A DNA stretch of 64,000 nucleotides from Octopus vulgaris (GCA_951406725.2 OX597814.1:19344001-19408000); one strand, 5' to 3'; shown: positions 13,701 through 28,923, counted from the stretch's first letter. Numbers and translations: made by a program. The notes: generated by a model not told the origin, from the letters alone.

Positions 13701-14252
13701 GTTTCTTTATTGGCCACACAGGGCTGCACACAGATGGAACAAGTTACAAGATAGAGCTTTTCTTTGGGGGGATGAAAAAAACAAAAAAACAAAAGAAAAA
13801 AAGGGGGGTGGCGTAGGTTTTCGATCAAGAGGGATCGTAAAAGGGAAGAAAAGAACAAAAAAAATAAATAAATAAAATAAAAAATAAAAAGAATAAAAAG
13901 AAAAGGAAAAGGAACAAAAGAAAAGAGAAATGAAAAAAGAAGAAAAAAGGGGAAAAAAAGGGGAAGAGGAAAAAAAGAACGATCAATAGGGATCGTGTAT
14001 CACAGTGTTATGATAAATGGTGTAAAGGGGAAAGCAAGTAAGGTTTATCAGTGGGAAGAAAAGCCTACGAAAAAGACCACGGTAACCTTGGTCAATATTG
14101 TTATATGTTACCACATTTGTTTGCAAGTGGGTAACCCTCTGTTTTCAATTTCTGGGTTCATAGGATTATGCTCAAGGTGGCTTCGTCATTCATACGTGCC
14201 ATCCTTGTTACATTCACCCATCTTTTTTTAAAACATTCGCTAGACAAAACTT
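13700..14252 (-). mobile_element. Probable Tx1/L1-clade LINE 3' end embedded in (GATA)n
   Basis: Minus strand reads VLSSECFKKRWVNVTRMARMNDEATLSIIL* (F..RW C-terminus), then a T-rich 3' UTR and AATAAA, then (TATC)n. GATA arrays lie on both sides. Confidence 0.6.
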
Positions 14253-14332
<80 letters not shown>

Positions 14333-15199
14333 GTAAGTAATTATTTAAGTATTGGGGACAGTAGTAAGCCGATGAAACACGTTCACCATATGGCTACCCG
14401 ACATCATCCACGTTGTTTGCACAATTGTCGCTGGATCTACCCCAGGAATCCCTTGGTGTTCGTTGAGTACATAACAAACGAAAGAGACGGAAGATAGAAT
14501 ATCCGAGAAAATTGATTATCGAAACATTCGTCGTGAGCAATAAAGTTTCTCGTATATTCCACTTTCCGTCTCTGTCGTGTGTTGTGTGTTTGTGCTCTGT
14601 GTTTGTGTGTGCGTGGGTGAGAGAGAGTGTGTGTGTGTGTGTATGTGTCCGACTGTCTGCCTGTGTGTGTGTGTCTGTGCGAAGGTGAATTCGCTATTAG
14701 CCACGTAATCGGTCTTTGTAACGAATATTAATTTACACAATCTACTTAACTTGTATGTGCTGTTTTAAAAGGCATGAACTGCAACATTCCTCCTAAAACA
14801 TGTCTCGTACAGACGTTTAGTGCTAAATAGCACAGATTATATCGGCAAAGGAAATTTTGTTAGCACCAAGAGACGGGGCTTTTGTATCACGTGATTTCGA
14901 GGCAGTTTTACTGCGTCAGTGACAGACATCCGACCAAAGGATGCCAGGCCGAAATCTCGTCAAACTAAAATAGTTTGACACGGACTAAACAGTCAGCGAT
15001 GTTGCAAGAGGCTGAGAGCTGTGCATAAATTCTTGGCGGAAACAATATTTCTAACAAATATTAATTTGTAGCTTTAAACAATAAAGGTTTGACGAGAGTT
15101 CGATCTGGAATTCCGTGATTGGGTGTCCGTTACTGAGGAGATAATAATAAAGCTGAAATCACGTGATGCAACATATAGATGACTGAGGACTACTTCGCT

Positions 15200-15512
15200 T
15201 ACGATAACGAGTGCTCCTTTAGATTTCATCAACGGAATTGCCTGCTCTTGAAATTTACATGCAAGTGGCTGAGCCCTCCGCAAACATGCGAACCCCTATC
15301 GTAGTTCTCAGGGAGATTCAGCGTCACAAACCGAACGTGATAAAGGTGGTTCTTTTAAATTACTGGTACAATTCAGTTTTGGCAACTGAGTGCCTTGGAG
15401 CAAGGTGAAGTAAAAAGCATCTGGCTCAAAGATACACTGTGCCGCCGGTAATCGAACTCTCAACCCTACTCTCATGAGCCGCATATACTAAACACTAAGC
15501 CACGTGCCTTCA
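15200..15512 (-). mobile_element. Old, diverged SINE family D copy
   Basis: Reverse-complement similarity to 11778-12102 (AATCGAACTC...CACTAAGCCACGTGCC head; CAACGGAA...CTCTTGAAATTTACATGCAAGTGGCTGAG tail). Confidence 0.7.
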
Positions 15513-16204
15513 CACACACATACACAAACACGCACCCACACACACATAGACACACATATGTACATATGAACTGTACTTAAATTAGTTTATGAGTGTATAT
15601 GTGTGTATGTGTGAGTGAGTGTGTGTATGCATTTGTATCTTTGGTGTGTTTTTGATGTCTTATTTGTTCGTTTCCTTGCACTTAAGCTCATAAGTATCGA
15701 GTGCATGTATGTGCGCATGTATGTGCGCATGTATGTATGCAAGTACGTATGTTATCATGTACGTATGTATACACAAACAAACACGGCAAGTGTTGAGTCA
15801 AAATGGCCACGTTTTTTCCATCTTCTAAAGGATATTAAACCGATTTTCTAAGCTGTCTTGAAAGCGATCCTGCATTCGAGAATTCCTTTAATTTCTGTCG
15901 AATATATATATCACGGTATCGACCAGACTATCGGTTGTTGTTATACATCGCTGATTACAATGCGTTTTGCATCAATTTAGCTTTCGCATGCTGCCATTCC
16001 GCTGGCTAGGTGGAAAGGCTGGCATTATCCCTGATCGGAAGGTTATTCTGACGCAGGGTTACAGCTGAGTGGACAGAAATGACGCGAAATGAAGGGTTTT
16101 GGTTAAGAACAGACCACGCCGCCCGATCCGGGAATCGAACCTACGATCTGGTGACCGTGAGTGCAAGGCCCTGAACATGATACCATATAGATAGATAGAT
16201 AGAC

Positions 16205-16289
<85 letters not shown>

Positions 16290-16702
16290 CGTATTTGAAT
16301 ACATGGGAACTGAAAAGCTTTTAGCAGTTAATCCAGCTAGATGTTACAATGGCACTGAAAATGATCCTTTCAGATTTTGGGGGTTCTTAATTAAGGACCA
16401 CCTAAATTATTCAAAAGTTCTCTTACTTTTCATCCTTTAATTTTTATATTCAATTTTTCACCCCAAGTGATAGGCAATGGTATCTGAAATCAGAACTTAC
16501 AGAATGCATGCAAGTATGATAAAGTGTCTCATCAGGATCCCTCACATTCTTAGAAATCACAGCCTTTGTAGATTATTTCATTTATTTGTCCTGAAAGAAC
16601 AAAACACGAAATTGACAAAGGAATGATTTGAACACAGATTGCAGAGAACAGCAGCATCCAATACAAAGCATTCTATCTGAAGCTCTTACGAATCTGACAG
16701 AT

Positions 16703-16771
<69 letters not shown>

Positions 16772-16783
16772 CATAGATAGATG

Positions 16784-16820
<37 letters not shown>

Positions 16821-16870
16821 GTATATATACATATGTATTCTTCACACCAAGTGGCTGTTATATTGAATTA

Positions 16871-16917
<47 letters not shown>

Positions 16918-16948
16918 CCTCTATATTTATTTTATTTATATATGTATA

Positions 16949-17042
<94 letters not shown>

Positions 17043-17127
17043 TAAAGGGGGAGAGATTAAACTTCATCCCGTTCGGTTCATTCCTTTGTTATTTCGTGGG
17101 TTGCTTTCGTTGCGGCCTTTTCGTCAG

Positions 17128-17202
17128 TACAGTGTCTTTGAAACTCTACGCCGTCCTAATGAGTGTTACGAGTTCTTTGGAGATAAAGATCAAGACTATA
17201 AG
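17128..17202 (+). CDS. Candidate 75-bp internal exon of an unidentified host gene ([25 protein letters not shown])
   Basis: Pyrimidine-rich acceptor gccttttcgtcAG, donor AAG|GTGAGA, length divisible by 3 with an open phase-0 frame, in non-repetitive sequence. Protein not recognised. Confidence 0.5.
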
Positions 17203-17708
17203 GTGAGATTTTAGACAAGAAAACGCTGAGCACTTCCCGTCACGTCCTTTTGATATATATCTGCTTGAATGTATATACGTACGCACCTACGTATGCATGC
17301 GTATATTTATGTATGTTTGTATGTATGTATGTATGTACATATATATGTGTGTATGTATGCATGTATGTATGTATGTATACACAAGCATACACATGCAGAC
17401 GTACATACATAAATGCACACATCCAACATATATTTATAATGCATGCTGTGAAGGATATGTGGGTATGGGTGTCTATGCGTCATATATTTATATGTGTGTG
17501 TATATATATATATATATATATTCAATTCATGATTTAACGACCACTTCCACACTCTTTCCCTCTCGCTCTATTTACCTATCTATCTGTTTATCTATCTCTC
17601 TATCAATCTCTCAAGTAATATATATGTGAATGCGTGCGTGTGTATACATGCATAAATATACGTTTATAGTTTAGTATTGACATACATCCATACACACGCG
17701 TTTTTGCA

Positions 17709-17790
<82 letters not shown>

Positions 17791-17949
17791 TGTGTGTGTG
17801 TGTGTGTGCGTGTGTGCGTGTGTGTGTGTGTGTGTGTACATAGACAGACAGACAGATAGACAGATAGACAGACAGACAGATAGATAGATGGATGGATAGA
17901 CACATACATAGAAAGCCGCATACATACACGTACACACACACATATACAA

Positions 17950-17988
<39 letters not shown>

Positions 17989-18142
17989 CACGCGCCCATG
18001 TGTATGCATATCTATGTATGAAACAGAGGAAGTCCGTTTGTGTGTGTGTGTGTGTGTGTGTATTCTACCAGTCTATATGCGTTTCTATATGAGTGCATGG
18101 TGTACATCATATATTGCACAAGGCTACGGGAACGAGTGTTTA

Positions 18143-18269
<127 letters not shown>

Positions 18270-18845
18270 TGTGTGTCTGAACGTATCTCTGTGAGGATGT
18301 GGGGGGATTGTCTGTGCGTGAAAAACATAAAAGGCACAAAATTACGATGGTGTGATCATATATGTTTGATAGTTATCTAACCGCTTCTGATGAAGTTTTA
18401 TTTCCTTTCATTTCGTTTAATATTTATCGTTTATGTTCTTATCTTTTATTCCTGTCCTTTTCTTTTCACCTCACGTTGTCTTCAATTTTTAGCTTTCGGC
18501 ACTTTTTCTTTTTACCTTTTTTCTCTATGCTTTTTTTTACTTCTTGTTGCTGTCGCCATTTTGCTTTGTAACACTGATGGAGGTATGTTGCTGTTTGTTT
18601 ATCTTCTTTTTGTTCTGCACTATGCAAAAATAAAAAACGTGAACCTGCCTACACGTACGCTGGATAATGAAGGCAGGTAAGATGAAGTTCTTTTTTGATT
18701 TTCTTCTCTATTGTTTTTACCTGTCTATAGTGTTAAACTTGTTTTGAATATGAAAATACAAAAAAATTATAATCATGAACTTTGACATCTTGCATTTAGA
18801 ATATATTTCTCATAACTTAGTTTATAAAAATAAACTATATATAAT

Positions 18846-19290
18846 CATTTCTACTCTCGGCACAGGGCCCGAAAGTTTTGGGTAGTGGGGCCAGTCGATT
18901 AGATCGACCTCTGTACGCAACTGGTACTTAAGTTATCGATTCCGAAAGGCAAAGTCAACCGCGGCGGAATTTGAACTCAGAACATAAAGACAGACAAAAC
19001 ACCGTTAAGCATTTCGCCCGGCGTGCTAACTTTTCTGGCAGCTCACCGCCTTAATAACCTATATATAATATATACTTTTCTACTGTTGGTACAAGGCCCG
19101 AAATTTTTTCGGTGGGTGGGGCAATCGATTAGATCGATCCCAGTACGCAACTGGTACTTAATTTATTGACCCAGAAAGGATGAAAGGCAAAGTCGACCTC
19201 GGCGAAATTTGAACTCAGAACATAAAGACAGAGGAAACACCGCTAAGCATTTCGCCCGGCCTGCTAATGTTTCTGCCAGCTCGCCGCCTT
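18846..19290 (-). mobile_element. SINE family C, tandem pair
   Basis: Two units, each containing GGCAAAGTC(G/A)ACC..GGCG.AATTTGAACTCAGAAC...AGCTC.CCGCC. Confidence 0.85.
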
Positions 19291-21419
19291 AATAACCTAT
19301 ATATAATATATACTAGTTGCTGTACCAGGCCTTGCGAAGATTTATTGAAAATACCAGAAATATTCACGTATCCGTATGACCTTGCCATTCAAAATATATT
19401 CCATATGCAACATCTCTGGGACCAAAGTAACAACTGTGGCCGACAACTTGGAACATCTATACAAACACTCATTTTTATAAAATAGGATTCCCACGTTCAG
19501 TATAGATATTCCGCTTGTATCTGGAAACACGTTTTCCATTTCGCAGGCCTTCAAGGACAAACTATGAGTCTAACTGCAGTTGAAGAAGGCGAATATCTTG
19601 CAGAATCGTTGGCACGAAAGCAAAATGCTTTCTTGGCAACATGCCTTCCGGTTCCTTATAGTCTAAGTTCAAATTCTACCAAGGTCAACTTTCATTCGAT
19701 TAAGTAGCAGTCAAGTACTGGGGTTGAGGCAATCGACTCTCACCTTCCCCTCAAAACTTGTTCGCCTTAAAAGCTGCAGCGCACCGGCAGCCCCTTTCAG
19801 GGAATGCTTTGATTTCGGTCTTTTGTACGTCATACAAGCTGGTTAACCGTCTTTATCTTTTCGAGGTTCGAGAAAGTCTGCAGCTGAAGAAATGTTCACA
19901 AGGCAGATGCTTCTTTGTTAAATGTGGAACAAGCAAACTGAAGGGCCCAGTGTCATGGCTAATCTCTAGTAATGATGACTTATCACCATTTCAGGATGAT
20001 CACTTATTTTGAAAACAATAGTCGGTGATGAAAGGTGGAGATATGAGTGAATCGGTAGGGTCTGAATGGAGCTGAAACGAAGCTAAGTAGTTCCGAGGAT
20101 CGGTTAAGGGTACAATCCATTAAATTCGACCTGGTTATTTAATCGGTACTTTTCATTGAGACTAAACCTTATTGCAAGATAATTTCCTTTTTGTTAGCTC
20201 TGAAATATAGAGACTTCTGCCTAAGGTTTTCGTAGATCCTCTTAGATCGGTGAGATCGATGTGGTTTATTTTCTTCAGAGTCAGTTGGACGTTACAGGAA
20301 AAACTTAGACAGGAATGAGAAGGGATTCAGAGAAGTGATGTTTTGGAGGAATGAATGGAAGAATTAAATAGTGCGAAGCATGAAAAGGAAAACGTAGACA
20401 CAATGTGTATAATGAGAGGCGGGTAGAAAAGCTAATGGCTAAGGCTTGGTTAGAGGTGACATGGATTCAGTCATTTCCGAGGGCAGTCTTCAACAGTAAC
20501 GGTAGACAAAGGCAAGGGAGAAGATAACATAACTGTTAACCATAAATTGTATTATAAAAAAACAAAAACTTCATGCAAATCAGTGTGATACTGACATTCG
20601 GGGAATGTGGTCTAGGATGTTTGTATTTGTATAAACAGCACCGTCCCCAGCTATTGCAGTCGTATATGAAAGCCTGTGAGATATGAACTCAAAATGGAAA
20701 AGGATGTAACGAGAGGTTGCATATTTGCCCGCCGCTCAGGTGTTTCTTCATCCGGTATTTGAATAATTCCTAATTAATTCTTTCTAATTTTGGCACACGG
20801 CCTGCAATTTTGACATGGGAGGACCGGTCGAATACACCGAGCCTTCTCCCCGAATGATACTTTTTTTTTTTTGACCCCGAAAAGATGAAAAGCAAAGTTA
20901 ACCTCGACCGTATTCGAACTCAGAACATAAAGAGCCAGCGCTTGATTATCTCTTATTTAAAGCGGACTCATATTTTATTGTGGCTGCAATCGATAAAAAA
21001 ATGTAACCAGTGGGGTACCGGTACTTATTTTATCGACATCGGAATGATGTGGGGTAAAGACGGTCTCATGGAGATTTGAAACCGGAACAGAAAGACATGC
21101 AACTAAACACTCTCTGACATTCTTGCATAATCAGCAATTTAGTTAGGAAAATACAATCGATTTTGTCTTATATCTGGTAACTTATTTTGATCGACTCCAG
21201 GTGGATGAAAAGCCATGTTGACCTTCTAAGGATTTGAACACAGAACGTCAAGTGTGAAAAAATGCATAGAATTTTCTCGCACACTGTAATGATTTGTAAA
21301 ATAACAATTTTTCAATAATATATATTTTCCTGTTCCTTTAATTTTTCTTTCTTTTTCTCCATTATCTCTATATATAATTCGGCGGTAGCTTTACTTTTTC
21401 TTTAACAACATTGCAAATA

Positions 21420-21903
21420 CATGTTTCTTTACTGCCCACAAGGGGCTACACACAGAGGGGATAAACTAGGACAGACAAATGAATTAAGTCGATTACATCG
21501 ACCCCAGTGCGTAACTGGTACTTAATTTATCGACCCCGAAAGAATGAAAGGCAAAGTCGACCTCCGCGGAATTTGAACTCAGAACGTAACGGCAGACGAA
21601 ATACGGCTACGTATTTCGCCCGGCGTGCTAACGGTTTTGCCAGCTCGCCGCCCTCAACATTGCAAATATATGTTTCTTTATTACCCACAAGGGGCTAGAC
21701 ACAGAAGGGACAAACTAGAACAGACAAACGAATAAAGTCGATTACATCGACCCCAGTGAGTAACTGGCACTTAATTTATCGACCCCGAAAGGATGAAAGG
21801 CAAAGTCGACCTCGGCGGAATTTGAACTCAGAACGTAACGGCAGACGAAATACGGCTAGGCATTTCACCCGGCGTTCTAACGATTCTGCAAGCTCGCCGC
21901 CCT
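21420..21903 (-). mobile_element. SINE family C, tandem pair (249-bp period)
   Basis: Two full units separated and flanked by CAACATTGCAAATA. Confidence 0.9.
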
Positions 21904-22004
21904 CAACATTGCAAATATATACACATAAAAATATACATACAAAAGCGTGCACACATACACACATATAAGCCCCCTTCACAGATATAAGCCTCTACACAGA
22001 TATA

Positions 22005-22215
22005 CAGGGTGCGGCAGAAATACCTCCCACATTTTAAACTTTCACTTATGTGTTGCTAATGAACTTATGCAAGTGACAATGTTGTTTTCATTTAGCTAAT
22101 GAACAAGAACTGTAACCCATTGTTTAAACAAAAGTAAAATTAATTTTTCATAAATGTGTTTTTTTTTTCCTTTAGTCAACCTTTCAAATATGGGAGTTAT
22201 TTCTGCCGCACCCTG
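22005..22215. mobile_element. Tc1/mariner-type MITE (211 bp)
   Basis: TIRs CAGGGTGCGGCAGAAATA / TATTTCTGCCGCACCCTG flanked by TA on both sides. Confidence 0.9.
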
Positions 22216-22287
22216 TATGTGTATATATGTACACACACGCGCGTACACACACACACTCACACATTCTGCCTGTGAGGGAGAGAAACA

Positions 22288-22331
<44 letters not shown>

Positions 22332-22661
22332 AGAGGATAAACATCAAACAATTATTTCTGTGTTTCGGCCTAGGTTTCTTGTGTGTCCTATATCTTTTAG
22401 CTATCACCAAGTGTCATCTTAGTATTAAACTTCAAAAGCAGATCTTTCAAGCCTTCTGAGTTGTCCCATTCAAATAGACCTTTTCGCACACAAATAAGTC
22501 AAACGCTTATACATGAGGATGGGTGTGTTTTGTGTGTGGTCAGATATGCGTATATTTATGGGAATGTAGGTGTATAGTAATACATAAAAGGTTTCAGGTA
22601 TATAAATATGCATTATGTATATATGTGTGCGTTTATATGTATAGAGGTAAACAGATGCACA

Positions 22662-22735
<74 letters not shown>

Positions 22736-22970
22736 CACACATAATGTACATAGTTTTGTACATATAATGAATATAGTATATTTTATATATACAAAAAGAT
22801 ATGTAACTGAATGATTATCATCAAGTCTTCGGTTGGCAAACGTCCGTTTTTTCAAAACATGTCCTGGATTCAGGTCCCAAAAACTGTACAGGAAAATTAT
22901 TTTAAATTCCCCCTTAAGTTGGGAATTTCACCTCAGGTCTTACACCATATACATATACATATATATATAT

Positions 22971-23397
22971 CAGGACCGAATTTAAGCCATGGTAGGGGGC
23001 GCACTTTTAACACGAGTTAAAAATCTTAGAAAATTGCCAATCTCAAAACCCATTTCAAATAACTGAATTTGAAGAGTTAACAAAGAAAGTTTAAATAAAT
23101 GACTGAAAATATCGCTTTGTAGATACACTTTTTCAAAATTCAAGTTTCGTTTTTCACACATTCACTCGCGGTGTTTGAGTTTTCCTTCATTGTGAAAAAT
23201 ACAATGAAGGAGGGAAGATTGGGGTAAATTTTTTTTATCTTTTAATGTGAGTTACATGTTTCAGAATGTAGAATAAGATAAAATGACTGAGAATTGCAAA
23301 ATAGGAAAAAAAAATCATTTTTGTGGTTGTTGCCCTTACAAAGCCATGATCAGTGTGCGTGAGTGTGTGAGAGAAAGAGAGAAAGAGTGAGATATAA

Positions 23398-23437
<40 letters not shown>

Positions 23438-23867
23438 TGTGTGTGTGTGTGTGTGCGCGCGTGCGAATGTGTGTGTAAGAGAGAGGGAGGTGATAGAGAT
23501 ACCAACTTTTAAAAGACATGGATTTTAAAATTCTTCTTTTAGAACGGCTTCCTTTCACTGTTTTGCAATGCATGAAAAAAAAAAATAATAAAATAACATA
23601 AAGAGCAGGAGAAATCCCTACAAAAACCGAGAAATTCAAACAACTATTTCCGAAATTCTGTTTTTCCAGTTTCCGGTAAGAGTTTGTTGGGCACTATGAG
23701 TAATATTTACAGCATTTTTGACGATGAAGAAAATATATCTTTTACAAATGTTCATTAACTTGCCAAAATGTCTTGAGTGCTACATATCCTTCCTAACAGG
23801 GCTCCCCACCAATATCCAGATGCCCGGTACAATTGGAACTCCACCCCACCCCCATAAATCCGGCCAG
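22971..23867. mobile_element. Probable non-autonomous hAT-like DNA transposon
   Basis: Imperfect TIRs CAGGACCGAATTTA / TAAATCCGGCCAG; inserted in (TA)n. Confidence 0.5.
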
Positions 23868-23909
23868 TTTATATATATATATATAAGTGTTTTCTACTAT
23901 AGACTGTAG

Positions 23910-24133
23910 TATATGTATATATATATATATATGTATGTGTGTGTATATATTTGTGTGTCTGTGATGTTCGTCCCGCCCAACATCGCTTGACATGGTGTGT
24001 TTACGTCTCCGTAACTTAGCGGTTCGGCAAAAGCGACCGATAGAATAAGTACCAGGCTTACAAAGAATAAGTCCTGGGGTCGATTTGCTCGACTAAAGGC
24101 GGTGCTCCAGCATGGCCGCAATCAAATGACTGA
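23910..24133 (+). mobile_element. SINE family A, 3' half
   Basis: GTAACTTAGCGGTTCGGCAAAAG...GGTGCTCCAGCATGGCCGCA tail. Confidence 0.85.
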
Positions 24134-24160
24134 TTGTGATATATATATATATATATATAT

Positions 24161-24886
<726 letters not shown>

Positions 24887-25180
24887 AGTAATATATATAT
24901 ATATATACAAGTAATATATATATACAAATATGAGTTAGAAGCAGATTGAGTGTTGTGAACAATATCAAACACACATACATAATATATGTGCTTTGGTGAT
25001 AGCTCTTTAAATTCGCCGGGTGTTAAAACACCTGAATGTTAGTCAAAAGCAGGCGAGACAACTCACGCCAAGTTCCGTTCAGGAGCGAAGGACATTAATG
25101 TTTCATCAGTTTTGTGACTTATCAACATTACGTCCCCGGACCGAACGGGAGATAAATTGAATAGCCTGCCCATGACTATA

Positions 25181-25527
25181 GGCGCAGGAGTGGCTGTGTG
25201 GTAGGTAGCTTGTTTACCAACCACATGGTTCCGGGTTCAGTCCCACTGCGTGGCACCTTGGGCAAGTGTCTTCTGCTATAGCCTCGGGCCGACCAAAGCC
25301 TTGTGAGTGGATTTGGTAGACGGAAACTGAAAGAAGCCTGTCGTATATATGTATATATATGTATATATGTGTGTGCATGTATGTTTGTGCTTGTCCCCCT
25401 AGCATTGCTTGACAACCGATGCTGGTGTGTTTATGTCCCCGTCACTTTGCGGTTCGGCAAAAGAGACCGATAGAATAAGTACTGGGCTTACAAAGAAACA
25501 AGTAAAAGAGTAAAAGAGTAAAAGAGA
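25181..25527 (+). mobile_element. SINE family A with a 3' internal deletion
   Basis: GGCGCAGGAGTGGCTGTGTGG head; lacks the GGGGTCGA...GTCAAATGACT block before the tail. Confidence 0.9.
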
Positions 25528-26354
25528 TATGTAAAATGGAGTAAGAACCATCTGCTGATGTGCCCCAAATGATGCATACGTAGTAATAAATTCAAATATG
25601 ACTGAGAAACAACAGTTCGATTGTTGTAAACAATATCGAACACGTATACACAGTGCATGTGCTTTGCTCGTTCTGTAACACAAACTGTCTTCAGTTTATA
25701 CATTTCAGATCTCAAACGTTACGCATTAAATAATAGTTTAAAATATTATTACTTGATTTGACTTCATTATTAAAAACTATACATCATGCAAGCACAAATT
25801 AGTCTATCCTGACTCCATTTACGCAGATACTCTATCAATGTTTTTGGAGTAGTTTGTTGTATTTGATTCGAGTCGAAACTTCTGGTATTGTTCATTGCTT
25901 CTTAGTAAAATAGGAAATAGTCCGGGATTCCGACTATTTAGTTATGGCAACCTTAATCCAGTTGGCTTCCAGTGTATCATGTATAGCGTTTAAGCCACGA
26001 CTATACTTAGTAGTATTACTAGTTATGACATAGAAAACAAATGTAGGATAAATTATGATAAACACAAATTTATATGTTTGACTATTGTGGTTGTTTGGAA
26101 TTCTGCACTGAACGTTCTAAATGTAATTGGTTGCTTGACCACGGTATATCATGTGAGGAACACTTTGTTGCAATTTGTCACAGAGAACTAGTCTCAAGTG
26201 GGATATACGTGGAGATTTTTGACTATTTTGTCACTTCCATCGCTGAAAAACCCTTTTTGAATTCAAATAGCATCTATTTATCAGATATGGGTCTGATCTA
26301 AGCTCACTTTAAAAGTGTAAAATCGATATGAATTTAATCAGTCTGGTATAAAGT

Positions 26355-26737
26355 GGTGGAAGCACTCCGTCGCTTACGACGACGAGGGTTCCGGTTGATC
26401 CGATCAACGGAACAGCCTGCTCGTGAAATTAACGTGTAAGTGGCTGAGCACTCCACAGACACGTGTACCCTTAACGCAGTTCTCGGGGATATTCAGCGTG
26501 ACAGAGAGTGACAAGGCCGGCCCTTTGAAATACAGGTACAACAGAAACAGGAAGTAAAAGTGAGAGAAAGTTGTGGTGAAAGAGTACAGCAGAGATCACC
26601 ACCATCCCTGCCGGAGCCTCGTGGAGCTTTTAGGTGTTTTCGTTCAATAAACACTCACAACGCCCGGTCTGGGATTGAAACCGCGATCCTACGACCGCAA
26701 GTCCGCTGCCCTAACCACTGGGCCATTGCGCCTCCAC
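26355..26737 (-). mobile_element. SINE family B, full length
   Basis: Reverse complement of 1997-2385; imperfect TSD TGGTA(T/A)AAAGT. Confidence 0.92.
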
Positions 26738-27169
26738 TTGGTAAAAAGTACTCTGCACAGAAAGAAAAATGAAACGTTAGATTACAAAACTTAATGCATA
26801 TTTTATTGTAAACACTGAAAAAAATAACCTCCAAGTGATCATGTTAAAAAATGTGACAGAACTTTGTTATGAACCTAATATATTAAATTATATCCATATG
26901 TATGTGGGGGAAGTTTTCAATTCCAATAGGAAAGAGTTTATCTTGAACCACAACATCGTTTCAGCACAAGCGTAGTGCGTGATAGGCGGAAATGTAGAAG
27001 CCCGTCAGTGAAAATGTACCTGTTATCCGACAGAGCAAAGTAACGCTGAGACGGCAGGAAGTTTACGTCAAGAGTATAAGCATATGTGGAATGTTCAGCG
27101 AGTTTCTCTATAATACACTCAATGAATAGCTATTTCCGCTGCTCGGCACATTCGAAACTGACACTAGAC

Positions 27170-27665
<496 letters not shown>

Positions 27666-27976
27666 GTGTGTTTTGGTATTAATATATGTATGAATGTATG
27701 TATAGATGTATTGTACCCACGGAAAATACCTTCACCATTTCCTTCAGCACTAAAAATAATTATTAAATATAGGCAGAAAGTCACAATAGTTGGGTGTGAG
27801 AAAATCGTCGGTAACATGTACTCCAATAAGTAACTGGGGCCTTTTTTTTTATCAATATCTGTAGAAATAGAAATAGGTAAAATTTACTTTGCTGCGATTA
27901 GAAATATATAGGGACGTAATTTACAAATTGTTTTTTAGCATAGATACCAGGTCATCCTCCATCCTTACGAATGTAA

Positions 27977-28361
27977 TGGAAGCACTCCGTCGGTTACGAC
28001 GATGAGGGTTCCGGTTGATCCGAATCAACGGAACAGCCTGCTCGTGAAATTAACGTGTAAGTGGCTGAGCACTCCACAGACACGTGTACCCTTAACGTAG
28101 TTCTCGGGGATATTCAGCGTGACACAGTGAGTGACAAGGCCGGCCCTTTGAAATACAGGTACAACAGAAACAGGACGTAAGAGTGAGAGAAAGTTGTGGT
28201 GAAAGAGTACAGCAGGGATCAACACCATCCCCTGCCGGAGCCTCGTGGAGCTTTAGGTGTTTTCGCTCAATAAACACTCACAACGCCCGGTCTGGGAATC
28301 GAAACCGCGATCCTATGACCGCAAGTCCGCTGCCCTAACCACTGGGCCATTGCGCCTCCAC
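27977..28361 (-). mobile_element. SINE family B, full length
   Basis: Reverse complement of 1997-2385. Confidence 0.92.
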
Positions 28362-28923
28362 TCACGGAAACGATACTCTAAAAGAAAATGAAAACAATTT
28401 CCACCCGTTTTACTGGTTCCCAGTTCAGAATTAGAATATAGATGTCAACATTAAATTTTAGAACTTCTTTTGTCAATTACGAAAATTAATATACCAACAT
28501 AATGAATTAACACAATGCAACATGAACGAATGTGAACGCAACGATGTAGGCACTTGACCCGATAGTAATAGGAATTTCAATTTAAATTTCAAGTTTTTAA
28601 ATTTCTATTAATAACAGTAACGATTTCTGATAAAAACTACCAAAACCATTAGTTTGATGGGAGGTTTATAGTCAATTAGGTCCTCGCCAGTATTTCGATG
28701 GAACTTGTTTTATGGACCCACAAATGATGGAAGGCGAGTTCGAAACTGGTAGGATTTGAGTTCAGAACATAAACTGCACAAGGCCACATCATTTTCATTA
28801 GATTTAATAAAACTGTACAGTATTTAGTCGTGTATGAGTGGCACAATTTTAGACTTGATTTTAAATGTTAAAACTGAGGTATGACTTATACTCAGGGCAA
28901 AGTTGAAAAATGAAGGAAAAATA

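Noticed and set aside
18600-18683. Strong donor GCAG|GTAAGA at 18677
   Set aside because: No nearby AG acceptor or start defining an exon.
19760-20500. Possible decayed L2/CR1-group LINE (also 12150-12420)
   Set aside because: No unambiguous conserved motif could be read.
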